Of a DNA stretch of 64,000 bases, positions 9,555-20,742 are shown piece by piece; the first letter of the stretch is position 1, and every line of letters starts with the position of its first letter. Made by a program: the position numbers and the translations under genes. The DNA is from Alphaproteobacteria bacterium (GTDB lineage Bacteria > Pseudomonadota > Alphaproteobacteria > MPNO01 > UBA2964). The notes under the pieces were generated by a model. The model was not told where the DNA came from. It searched no databases and saw only the letters and a list, made by a program, of their open reading frames with translations. The stretch covers positions 2,591 to 66,590 of the forward strand of contig WHUE01000010.1 in the NCBI GenBank assembly GCA_009377375.1. Direction: 5' to 3'.

Positions 9555-9732
9555 AAATTTGCCGGCGCAGCCCGATTGTTTCGGCAACGGCCGATTTTAT
9601 GCCTCCCGTTTATGTCCGAGTATTGCGTACCCGCCGGATGAGGTAAAGGAACTTCCCGGCGCGCCGCGCGCGCGAAACCGGCCGGCAGGTCGCCGCGCCG
9701 CCCCGAACCGGCGGACCCCTTCTCGGACGCCG

Positions 9733-10730
9733 TCAGCTTCCCGGCCGGTACACCTTCGACTTCAGCGTCTTGTAGTCGACCTTGTATTCGCGCGTGTCGT
9801 TCTCGGCCCATTTGGCGCCGTAGATCGTGTTCAGATACGCCTTCGCGATGTCGCCTTTCAGCATGATCGTTTTGATGCCGGCCTTTTCCAGCTTGGCGTT
9901 GTCCACCTCGGACGCCTTGGCGAGCACGGCGTTGCTGTCCTTCTCGAACTTCTCGCCGTACTCCATCAGCAAATCCCGGTGCGCCTTGGAGAGCCCGTTG
10001 AACTTCTTCAGGTTGATGACCGTCATCGTGGTCGAGTGGTAGAAGTTCGGCCCGATCTTGTATTTCAGGTGTTTCTCCCAACCATAGGCGGCGACCGAGC
10101 CTTCCGGCCAGGCCAGCCCGTCGACCACGCCACGCTCCAGTGCGGGGTAGACGTCCGGCGGCGAGATGGTGAGGGGGTCGCCCCCATCTTCTTCAGGAAA
10201 GAGTTGTAGAGCCCGGTGGAGCGCATCTTGATGCCCTTCAGGTCCAGCCCCGTCGTCTTGCTCTGCTTCGGCTCGAAATTGGTGTAGATGAAGAAGGTCG
10301 ACGCCTCCCAGTGGCCCCAGCCGAGGATCTTCGCGTTGATGCCTTTCGCCCAGGCTTCCTGCAGCAAATCGTAGCCTCCGTTCTTGCGCAGCTCCGCCGG
10401 CGACACGTTGTTCACCCCGGCCACGCGCGCGGCGGGCACCTGGGTCTGGTAGTAGGCGCTGGGGCAGTTCAGGATGTCGGTGAGGCCGCGGGCGAGGGCC
10501 GACGCCTGTTTCTGTTGCGGCGTGATCTCGGGACCGCCGATATAGTTCAGCTTGAGCCCCGTCTTTTCCGACATTTCCTGCAGCGGCTTCAGGAACGTGG
10601 CGAAGAACGCCGCGACCTGGTCATGCTTGACGTTGAAGCAGGTGGCGACGCGCAGCGTCTCCGCCTGGGCCGAGGCGGCGAAGGTAAACGCCAGCCCTGC
10701 GGCAAGGCTGAGTGTGTGTTTTGTGAACAT
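9733..10730 (-). pseudogene. second DctP-family TRAP binding protein, disrupted by a -1 frameshift in a G5 run (10173-10177)
   Basis: ORFs 10065..11093 (from MFTKHTLSLAAGLAFTFAASAQA, GGAGGA RBS) and 9733..10128 are N- and C-terminal halves of one 332-aa DctP homolog. It aligns with the adjacent dctP (KMRSTGLYNSFLKKMGAT / DVYPALERGVVDGLAWPEGS). Reading frame is restored by adding one C to the CCCCC run. Confidence 0.7.
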
Positions 10731-10893
10731 TCCCTGGTCCTCCAAAATCGCATCTGCCGAAACGGAAAGGCCGTGCCTTAGTTTTCCCGGCACGGCCTTG
10801 TCTTCAGTATTTCGGAATTCGGAATCAGGGTAAAGCCGAATGAATTGACGGTCTGCGCTTCCTTGGCGGGACCGCCGTCCTAACTTATACCGA

Positions 10894-11247
10894 ATGGGAG
10901 TCGAACAGCCTTTGGACACGGCCGGTATGCGGCAGCGCCTGCTTGCGCGGCAGGAAGAGCTGGAGCGGCTGATCGAAACCGGCCTCGAGGATTCGCGTCC
11001 GGCGGCGCTCGACCAGCAGCGCGTCGGTCGGCTGTCGCGCATGGACGCGATGCAGGTGCAGGCGATGGCGGAGGAAACCGTGCGCCGCCGCAAGCTCGAG
11101 CTTGCGCGTATTCACGCCGCGCTGCAGCGCATCGCGGAGGGCGAGTACGGATACTGCACATCCTGCGACGAGCCCATTGCGGCGAAGAGGCTGGAGAACG
11201 ACCCGGCCACGCCGCTCTGCATCGGCTGTGCGAGCCGGGCAGGCTGA
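10894..11247 (+). CDS. TraR/DksA-family C4 zinc-finger protein
   Basis: 117 aa with a coiled-coil N-terminus and C-terminal CxxC-N17-CxxC (CTSCDEP...CIGCASRAG). Confidence 0.8.
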   Translation: MGVEQPLDTAGMRQRLLARQEELERLIETGLEDSRPAALDQQRVGRLSRMDAMQVQAMAEETVRRRKLELARIHAALQRIAEGEYGYCTSCDEPIAAKRLENDPATPLCIGCASRAG

Positions 11248-11282
11248 GGATTCCGGTACGGGCGGCGTACCGCGGTGTCGCG

Positions 11283-12569
11283 CTAGCGAATCCCGTCATC
11301 GTCGAGGACGTCGGGCGGCTCGCTTACGCTGAACGGCTCTTCGTCGTCGTCGCTGCGGGGATCGAGCGTGCCGACCACAGGGGTTGTGCGGGGCAGCGCG
11401 GCGAATGGGGTCTGTTCCTCCAGCGGCAGCGAGCCGCGCTGGTTCATGCGCCAGACGGTGAACCCGGCTGACAGAATGCAGACCGCCAGGATAAACGCGA
11501 ACAGGCCGAGCGGGCCGACCAGGTCCATGGACGCCGCCGCCGCGATCGGGCCGGCGACGGCGCCGATGCTGTAGGACAGCAGCAGCCCCGCGGCGACGCC
11601 GACGAAATCCTCCTGACCGGCGTAGTCGTTCGCCAGGGCGACGGCCTGCGGGTAGATCACGAAGCCGAGCGCGCCGAAGGCGAAGCTGGCCGCCATCAGC
11701 ACGATGATGGAGCTTCCGCCCAGCAGGACCAGTGCGGCGGAGGCGACCCCGAGCGCGAGAAACAGTCCGATGATGATCGTGCGCCTGTCCATCCGGTCGG
11801 ACAGCATGCCGATCGGCCACTGCAGCAGCAGCCCGCCGAAAATGGCGGCCGACACGAACTGCGCCGTCTCTCCCTGACCCAGCCCGCTGAGCTGCGCGTA
11901 GGCGGGCGCGAGACTGTAGAACGCACCCAGCATCAACCCGCTGGTGAAGCTGGCGAACACCGCCAGCGGAGAGACCCGGTAGAGCGCGACGGGGCCGAGG
12001 CGGTTGACCGGCGGAATCGGCGGCGCCGGCGTGCGGCTCAGCGTCACCGGGATGACCGCCAGCGACATCACGGCGGAAACCAGCGCCAGCAGCGCGAAGC
12101 CGCCGGGGTCGTCGAGGGTCAGCAGGTACTGCCCGACCCCCTGCGACAGGTAGATCGAGATCATGTAGAGCGACATCACCTTGCCGCGCGTCTCGTTGGT
12201 CGAGCGCTCGTTCAGCCAGCTTTCGACGCACATGAACAGCCCGGCGATGGCCAGGCCTTCCATCAGCCGCAGCGCCGCCCAGACCAGCGGCGAGGCGAAG
12301 AAGCCGTGTACCAGCACCGCCGCCGAGTAGATCGAGGCGAGCGCGGCGAAGGCCCTGACATGGCCGACGGAGGAGATGATCCGGTCGCCACGCAGCGAAC
12401 CGATGGCCAGCCCGGCGAAATAAGCGGCCATGACCAGCCCGGTGGTGGTCGCCGGCACGCCGGTCAGCGCCAGCCGGTAGCTCAGCAGCGTGCCCAGCAG
12501 CCCGTTGCCGAGCATGAACAGCCCGACCGCCGTCAGCAGCGCGGATATGGAGATGACCGTAGCGCGCAT
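11283..12569 (-). CDS. MFS transporter
   Basis: 428 aa with 12 predicted TM helices and MFS-like sequence. Confidence 0.85.
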   Translation of the reverse strand: MRATVISISALLTAVGLFMLGNGLLGTLLSYRLALTGVPATTTGLVMAAYFAGLAIGSLRGDRIISSVGHVRAFAALASIYSAAVLVHGFFASPLVWAALRLMEGLAIAGLFMCVESWLNERSTNETRGKVMSLYMISIYLSQGVGQYLLTLDDPGGFALLALVSAVMSLAVIPVTLSRTPAPPIPPVNRLGPVALYRVSPLAVFASFTSGLMLGAFYSLAPAYAQLSGLGQGETAQFVSAAIFGGLLLQWPIGMLSDRMDRRTIIIGLFLALGVASAALVLLGGSSIIVLMAASFAFGALGFVIYPQAVALANDYAGQEDFVGVAAGLLLSYSIGAVAGPIAAAASMDLVGPLGLFAFILAVCILSAGFTVWRMNQRGSLPLEEQTPFAALPRTTPVVGTLDPRSDDDEEPFSVSEPPDVLDDDGIR

Positions 12570-12645
12570 GGCGGGAACCTTAGCGGAACCCGCCTTGCTA
12601 TGCGAGCCCGTGCGCGGGCGCCGGGCCCGCGCCGGACGTCAGGCG

Positions 12646-14465
12646 TCAGGCGGCGTTGCGCTTGGCGCGGCGCTTGCGCTCGATCGGATCGAGCCAGCGC
12701 TTGCGCAGACGGAGCGATTTCGGCGTCACCTCGACCAGCTCGTCGTCGTCTACGTAGGCGATGGCGCGTTCCAGCGTCATGCGCACCGGCGGCGTCAGCA
12801 GGATGTTCTCGTCCGTGCCCGCGGCCCGCATATTGGTGAGCTGCTTGCTCTTCAGCGGGTTGGCGTCGATGTCCTGACCCTTGCTGTGCTCGCCGATGAT
12901 CATCCCGCCATAGACCTTCTCGCCCGGCGCGATGAACAGCGCGCCGCGGTCCTCCAGGTTCCACAGCGCGTAGGCGACGGCGTTGCCCTGGCTGGTGGAG
13001 ATGATGACGCCGCGCCGCCGGTTCTCGATCGGGCCGCGGTCCGGCGCGTAGGCATGGAACAGCCGGTGCAGCACGCCGGTGCCGCGCGTGTCGGTCAGGA
13101 ACTCGCCGTGATAGCCGATCAGCGCGCGCGACGGCGCATGGAACACGAGGCGCTGCTTGCCGCCGCCGGAGGAGCGCATCTCCATCAGCTCGCCGCGGCG
13201 GGCGCCCAGCTTCTCCACCACAACGCCGGAATACGCCTCGTCCACGTCGATGACGACTTCCTCGATGGGCTCCAGCTTCTGTCCGGTTTTTCGTCCTCGC
13301 GGAACACCACGCGCGGGCGGCTGACCGACAGCTCGAATCCTTCGCGCCGCATGGTCTCGATCAGCACGCCGATCTGCAGCTCGCCGCGGCCCGCGACCTC
13401 GAACGCGGTGGCGTCATCGGTGTCGCTGATGCGGATGGCGACATTGCCCTCGGCCTCGCGGGTGAGCCGGTCGCGGATCATGCGCGAGGTGACCTTGTCG
13501 CCTTCCAGACCGGCGAGCGGGGAATCGTTGATGGTGAAGGTGACGGCCAGCGTCGGCGGGTCGATGGGCCGCGCGGCCAGCGGCTCCACGCGGGCGGGGT
13601 CGCACAGCGTGTCCGCCACGGTCGCCTTCGCCAGCCCGGCGACGGCGACGATGTCGCCGGCCACGGCCTCCTCCAGAGCGGTGCGCTCCAGCCCGCGGAA
13701 GGCGAGCAACTTGCTGATGCGCGCGGTCTCGATGATCCTGCCGTCGCGGGAGACCGCCTTGACGGTCTCGTTCAGCCGGATGCGCCCGGATTCGATGCGC
13801 CCCGTCAGCAGCCGTCCGAGATAGGGATCGGATTCCAGCGTCGTCGCCAGCATGCGGAACGGCGCGCCGGGCTCCACCACCGGGGCCGGCACGTGCTCGC
13901 GGATCATCGCGAAGATGGCGTCGACGCCGTTGTCGCGGTCGTCGGGCGTGCTGCCCGCCCAGCCCTGCTTGGCGGAGGCATACAGCACGGGGAAGTCGAG
14001 CTGGTGTTCGTCGGCGTCGAGCGCGGCGAACAGGTCGAAAATCTCGTTCAGCACCTCGTTGACCCGCGCATCGGGGCGGTCGACCTTGTTGATGACGACG
14101 ATCGGGCGCAGTCCGAGGGTGAGAACCTTGGTGAGCACGAACTTGGTCTGCGGCATCGGGCCCTCGGCCGCGTCGACCAGCAGCAGGCAGCCGTCCACCA
14201 TCGATAGCACGCGCTCGACCTCGCCGCCGAAATCGGCATGGCCGGGCGTGTCGACGATGTTGATGTGCACGTCGCGCCACTCGACCGAGGTGCACTTGGC
14301 CAGGATGGTGATGCCGCGCTCGCGCTCCAGGTCTCCGGTATCCAGCGCCTGGGCCTGGACGGCCTGGTTTTCCCGGAACGTGCCGGACGAACGCATCAGG
14401 CAATCCACCAGCGTGGTCTTGCCGTGGTCGACATGGGCGATGATGGCGATGTTTCTCAGTGTCAT
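12646..14465 (-). CDS. typA: translational GTPase TypA/BipA, interrupted by a -1 frameshift in a T5 run (13287-13291)
   Basis: ORF 13185..14465 has [17 protein letters not shown] and NKVDR motifs. ORF 12646..13245 is the TypA C-terminus. Adding one A to GAAAAAC restores ...[29 protein letters not shown]... and a 607-aa product. Confidence 0.85.
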
Positions 14466-14487
14466 GGGGACAATCTTCCGAAGGGGG

Positions 14488-16122
<1,635 letters not shown>

Positions 16123-16314
16123 CGCGGCGGGCGGATCGCAGTCTCAGGGATACGACAAACGGCCGGGTCGTCCCGGCCGCGCGCACTCTATATAGGGTAC
16201 CGGCCCTCCAAGGCAAGAAGAACGCAGGGTGGCATGACCACAACCTGGTCACAATCCCCCTGGCGCGGGTGTCGTATAACGGCCCGGAGAAGGACGAATT
16301 ACGGAAAGGAGACC

Positions 16315-16941
16315 ATGATCCGGGCCATTGCCATCGTGGTTCTGGCGGCACTGGCCCTCGGCGGGTGCACGAGTGCGAAGGAATCCGATCCCGCCAGGAC
16401 GGCGACGGAGCAGCTCCTGATCTCCAGCGCCGCCGACCGCGCCGCCCAGCGGCTGAATCTCGGCATTCCGCCGGGCACCAAGGTCTTTGTGGACGCGGCC
16501 AATTTCGAGGGTACCGACGGCAAGTACGCGGTGGGCGCGATCCGGGACCGTTTCCTGCGTGCGGGCATGGCGCTGGTCGCAGAACGCAAGGATGCGGCGG
16601 CGGTCGTCGAAATCCGCTCCGGTGCCCTCTCCGTCGACAGGGAGGAGTTCCTTATAGGTATTCCGGATTTCGTTATACCTATTCCGCTGGCCGGTGAGTT
16701 CACCTTCCCCGAGATCGCGCTATACAAGGATGCCAAGCGCCGCGCCATCGCCAAGTTCGCGGCCGTCGGCTACGGCGCGGGAAACGGGCGGCTCATCTCG
16801 TCCACCGCGGAGCAGTACGGATTCTCGCACAAGACCGAGAAGACCATCCTGCTGTTCCTGTCCTGGGAGCGGACCGATGCGGTTCCGAAGGAGCAGCCGG
16901 AAGAGGGCGGGGACCATCCGCCCGGGGTCCTGAAGGAATAG
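16315..16941 (+). CDS. lipoprotein of unknown function
   Basis: MIRAIAIVVLAALALGGC lipobox; AAGGAGA RBS 5 nt upstream; start taken at codon 28 of ORF 16234..16941. Confidence 0.6.
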   Translation: MIRAIAIVVLAALALGGCTSAKESDPARTATEQLLISSAADRAAQRLNLGIPPGTKVFVDAANFEGTDGKYAVGAIRDRFLRAGMALVAERKDAAAVVEIRSGALSVDREEFLIGIPDFVIPIPLAGEFTFPEIALYKDAKRRAIAKFAAVGYGAGNGRLISSTAEQYGFSHKTEKTILLFLSWERTDAVPKEQPEEGGDHPPGVLKE

Positions 16942-16959
16942 CAGGCCGCGGCTGCCGCT

Positions 16960-17943
16960 CTATATCTGAAACCCGCCTCGGCCCCGGCCCTGGAAGTTCT
17001 CGACGAACAACTCGTCCACCGCCGGCTTCTTCTTGATCAGCCCCTGCTCGTGGCTGTAGCCGATCATGTTCTCCAGCGTCCTGCGGTTCTGTTCGGTGAG
17101 CCCGTATTCCCACGGGTCGGGGCCGAGCAGGGCGCGCTCGTCCTCCCACTGCTCCATGTACCAGGCCAGCGGGACGATGCGCGGGTTGATCATGCGCTTC
17201 ATGGCGATCGCCTTGGACTGGCCGAAGGCGCGCTGCAGATTGGTCGCGACCCAGGGGTTTTCCTCCAGGATCTCCCGCTTGATGCCGGTGACGTGCATGA
17301 TCGGGAACATGCCGGTCTTCCGGAAGAAGGCGACCTCTTCCGCCTTGTAGTCGGGGAACAGCCGGCCGACCCGGTCGTCGCCCCTGATGATGGGCTCGAT
17401 GATCGTGGAATGGATCACCGCGTCCAGCTCGCCCTCGGCCAGCATCTCGGCCACGTCCGAGCCGTCGGGCAGCACGGTCAGGTCGATGTCGGAGGGCAGC
17501 TCGACCTCCACGTCCTGGTCCATCTCCTGGAACCATTTGAGCTTGCGGTGCGGCACGCCGTACTCGTGCTCCAGGATGCCGCGCATCCACAGGATCGCCG
17601 TCACCTGCCAGTGCTTGATGCCGACGCGCTTGCCGATCAGGTCGGCGGGCTTTTCGATGCCGGCCTTTTTGTTGACGAAGACGAAGCCGTGGCGGAAGCG
17701 CCGGTGCAGGAAGACCGGGATCGCCTCGATCGGCAGCCCCTGGTCGTGCGCCACGAGGTAGGACGAGGCCGACAGCTCGCACACGTCGAACTCGCGGTTG
17801 CGCAGGAAGCGCCAGTGCCGCGTGGTCGAATCCATGTCGGTCAGCACGTTGAGGTCGATCCCGTCCGCGCGGACCGTGCCTTCCTTGATGGCGCGCACGA
17901 TCTCGTAATCGCCGCAGGCGAGCGTTAGCGGAAGTCTGGACAC
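16960..17943 (-). CDS. PhtD-like putative decarboxylase (annotated in databases as 4,5-dihydroxyphthalate decarboxylase; NMT1/THI5-like fold)
   Basis: 327 aa with N-terminal MSRLPLTLACGDYEIVRAIKEG, characteristic of this family. Confidence 0.75.
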   Translation of the reverse strand: MSRLPLTLACGDYEIVRAIKEGTVRADGIDLNVLTDMDSTTRHWRFLRNREFDVCELSASSYLVAHDQGLPIEAIPVFLHRRFRHGFVFVNKKAGIEKPADLIGKRVGIKHWQVTAILWMRGILEHEYGVPHRKLKWFQEMDQDVEVELPSDIDLTVLPDGSDVAEMLAEGELDAVIHSTIIEPIIRGDDRVGRLFPDYKAEEVAFFRKTGMFPIMHVTGIKREILEENPWVATNLQRAFGQSKAIAMKRMINPRIVPLAWYMEQWEDERALLGPDPWEYGLTEQNRRTLENMIGYSHEQGLIKKKPAVDELFVENFQGRGRGGFQI

Positions 17944-17982
17944 GGTATTCTCCCTGTCTGCGTTTTCAGGCGCGGCTTTTTT

Positions 17983-18711
17983 CTAGCCCTGCCCGAGCCA
18001 GGCGGCAAGGGCGGGGCCGGTCTGGACCATCACCGTCGCCCCCAGCGCTGCGGTGCCGAGCCCGACGGCGAGGTTGACCCCGCTGAACCCCCAGGCGGCG
18101 ACGCGCTGGGCGGAGCGGAGCGGCAGGGCGATGGTCAGCGACAGCGCGCCTATGCCGAGGATCGAGCCGGCGCCGAACAGCGCGACATAAGCCAGCCCGG
18201 ACCGCACGTCGACGATCTCTGCCGCGGCCACCACCACCAGCGCGGCGGACCCTGCCATGCCGTGCATCAGCCCGACCACCAGCGCCCGGGGCACGATCCC
18301 CGTCGCGTGATCGTGGCGGTGCGCGTGGGTCGATTTCGCGTGGTCGCCCTCGCCGGCATGGGAATGCAGGTGCAGGTGAACCCCGCCCGCGCCGTGGCGG
18401 TGGGCGTGGACATGCTTGCGGTCGCGCACCGCCCGGCGGAGCACGTCGGCGCCCAGCCCGACCAGCATGACGCCGACGGCGAATTCCGCCGCCAGGGCGA
18501 CATTCTGCTTGAGCGCGGCGTCCGACAGCAGCACGGCGGCGCAGACCAGGAACAGGGTCAGCGCGTGGCCGAGGCCCCAGGACAGGCCGGTGCGCAGCGT
18601 CTCGCGGGTCGACCGGCTGCGCGTCGCCAGCGCGGCGACGGCCGCGATATGGTCGGCGTCGAGCGCGTGACGGATGCCGAACAGGAACCCGAGGACGAAG
18701 ATATATGTCAT
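17983..18711 (-). CDS. NicO/RcnA-family nickel/cobalt transporter with histidine-rich loop
   Basis: RHALDADHIAAV (H-x4-DH) signature in TM2, 6 TM helices, and central loop HVHAHRHGAGGVHLHLHSHAGEGDHAKSTHAHRHDHATG. Confidence 0.7.
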   Translation of the reverse strand: MTYIFVLGFLFGIRHALDADHIAAVAALATRSRSTRETLRTGLSWGLGHALTLFLVCAAVLLSDAALKQNVALAAEFAVGVMLVGLGADVLRRAVRDRKHVHAHRHGAGGVHLHLHSHAGEGDHAKSTHAHRHDHATGIVPRALVVGLMHGMAGSAALVVVAAAEIVDVRSGLAYVALFGAGSILGIGALSLTIALPLRSAQRVAAWGFSGVNLAVGLGTAALGATVMVQTGPALAAWLGQG

Positions 18712-18812
18712 GAACGGATGGTACCGGGGCCGATGCGGGGCCGCACAGTATCACCGCGCCGGGCGCGGCGGAAGGCGGCCGCGGGCCGCCGTCTCCGGCG
18801 GCCCGCGCGGGA

Positions 18813-20291
18813 TCAGTAGGCGGGGAAGGGCAGCTTGTCGAACTTCGCCCGGATTCTGCGGCGCATCTCCTCGCTGACGTCCACCACCGGCGGGAAGCTG
18901 CCCTTGAGGTACTGGTCGTAGGGGATGCAGGCGTCGACCAGGATGCGGTTGTTGAAATTGCCGGGCAGGTAGAGCGGGTCGCGCTTCGACGCCCAGGCCT
19001 TCTGGATGATGTCGATGTCGCTGCACGGATCGAACCGGGTGGACATGGCCCACAGCACCTGGTCGAGGTCGCCGGCGTCGATGTCGTCGTCCACCACCAC
19101 GGTCCACTTGCCGGCATAGGCGCCGCCCTGGCAGTTGGCGGCGACGTGCAGCACGTTGCGCGCGTGGCCGGGATAGCGCTGCTTGATCTGGATGGCGGTG
19201 AAGCGGGTGGCAGGGCCGCCCTCGTGGTTCCACACGCCCCTGATGTCCGGCAGGCCACAGGCCTCCAGCGCGCGCCAGATCTCGGCGGCGCCGGCGATGC
19301 CCTTCAGCAGCCCGGTCTCGTCCACCGGCTTGTGTTGCGGCGCGCAGCAGATGATCGGGTCGTTGCGGTGCAGGATGGTCTTGATCTCGACATAGGGCCG
19401 GGGCACCGAGTCGTCGGAGTAGTAGCCCATCCACTCGCCGAACGGGCCTTCCTCCCTTACCTGGCCGGGGCGGGCGACGCCCTCGATGGCGATCTCGCAG
19501 TCGGCGGGGATGGGGAAGCCGGTATAGGGACCCTTGATGCAGTCGATCGGCTTGCCCTTCAGCCCGCCGGCGAAATCCAGCTCGCAGACGCCCTCGGGCA
19601 GCGGGCTCGCCGAGAGCATGTAGAGCAGCGGGTCCTGGCCGACGAGGATGACGAACTTGCACTCCTCGCCGCGCTCGAAATACTTGTCACGGTGGATGCG
19701 GCCGTGCTTGCCCTCGGTGATCTGGCAGCCGATGGTCTTCGCGTCGTAGACCTGGTTGCGGTAGGTGCCGACATTGTACTTGCCGTTGTCGGGGTCCCTG
19801 GTGATGACGCAGTTGGCGGTGCCGATATAGCGCGCGTTGTCCTTCTCGTGGTGGCGCGGCACGGGGAATTTCAACACATCGATCTCGTCGCCGGCCTGCA
19901 CGTTCTCCATCACCGCGCCGGTCTCCACGATGCGCGGCGGGATCAGCTCCATCGACTGCATGCGCTCGTGATAGCGCTGCACGATGTCGCATTTGCGGTC
20001 GTACTCGACCGGCAGGCCCAGTGTCATCGCCACCCGCCGGACCGAAGAGAACTCGCCGTAGAGGGTGCGGAATCCCTGCGGGTAGTCGGGGATGTTGTCG
20101 AACAGGATCGCCGGCGCGTCGCCGCGGCTCTTCTCCGTCATCATCTGGGTGATACTGCCCATCTCGGCGTCCCAGTGCGCGCCGTCCACCCGCAGCAGCT
20201 CACCCAGCCCGTCGACCTTCTCGATCCAGTCCCGGAGCCCGTCATAGGCGACCGTGTCGTTCGCCTGCGTGCTGCGTGCTGTATCGTCCAT
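18813..20291 (-). CDS. UbiD-family (prFMN-dependent) aromatic acid decarboxylase, paralog 1
   Basis: 492 aa with clear similarity across the UbiD fold; first gene of a three-gene same-strand array with the NicO transporter and PhtD-like gene. Confidence 0.85.
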   Translation of the reverse strand: MDDTARSTQANDTVAYDGLRDWIEKVDGLGELLRVDGAHWDAEMGSITQMMTEKSRGDAPAILFDNIPDYPQGFRTLYGEFSSVRRVAMTLGLPVEYDRKCDIVQRYHERMQSMELIPPRIVETGAVMENVQAGDEIDVLKFPVPRHHEKDNARYIGTANCVITRDPDNGKYNVGTYRNQVYDAKTIGCQITEGKHGRIHRDKYFERGEECKFVILVGQDPLLYMLSASPLPEGVCELDFAGGLKGKPIDCIKGPYTGFPIPADCEIAIEGVARPGQVREEGPFGEWMGYYSDDSVPRPYVEIKTILHRNDPIICCAPQHKPVDETGLLKGIAGAAEIWRALEACGLPDIRGVWNHEGGPATRFTAIQIKQRYPGHARNVLHVAANCQGGAYAGKWTVVVDDDIDAGDLDQVLWAMSTRFDPCSDIDIIQKAWASKRDPLYLPGNFNNRILVDACIPYDQYLKGSFPPVVDVSEEMRRRIRAKFDKLPFPAY

Positions 20292-20448
20292 GGCTGGCTC
20301 CCGTTTCCTGCGTGCGGCTCATGATAGGCGGGACGATTTCACACCACCACCGTCCCAAAATCAAGGACGATTCCCATTTTTGGTACGGTTTATCCAGTAC
20401 CCGTCCTGCCCCGGCTGACCATGGAACCCTGGATCGGCCGCAGCGCCG

Positions 20449-20742
20449 TCAGCGGCGCGTGGTACGGCCGGTCCGTCGCGGCAGCGCCGCTAGCAGCAGC
20501 ACGACGCCGAGTGCGACCGCCGACAGCACGCCGAACCAGGCGATCGCGCCGATGGCCCAGCCCCAGCGGTCCGCGCAGGCGAACAGCGAGGCCGCGAGCC
20601 CGGCTGTCCCGGCGAGCCGGAGGGTGAGCGCCGCGCCACGGCCGGGCGCGCGGTCGAACAGCGTCCGGTGATGCCTGTCCATCGCCAGCGCAAGCGCCGC
20701 AAAGCCGGCGAAGGCGAGGATGAACGCCGAAAGCGCGCTCAT
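20449..20742 (-). CDS. DUF3325 small membrane protein
   Basis: 97 aa starting MSALSAF, with ATG overlapping the PepSY stop (ATGA). Upstream part of ORF 20449..21165 lies inside the PepSY gene. Typical terminal gene of TonB-receptor/PepSY clusters. Confidence 0.6.
   Translation of the reverse strand: MSALSAFILAFAGFAALALAMDRHHRTLFDRAPGRGAALTLRLAGTAGLAASLFACADRWGWAIGAIAWFGVLSAVALGVVLLLAALPRRTGRTTRR

Noticed and set aside
10165-10185. Programmed ribosomal frameshifting at the homopolymer sites
   Set aside because: There is no slippery heptamer plus downstream structure context. The three sites are plain G5, T5 and T4 runs with different flanks. Sequencing indels or pseudogenes are more parsimonious.
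17966-19258. 430-aa minus-strand ORF spanning the NicO gene and the UbiD-1 3' end
   Set aside because: Pro/Arg/Ala-rich with no homology. The real genes occupy other frames.
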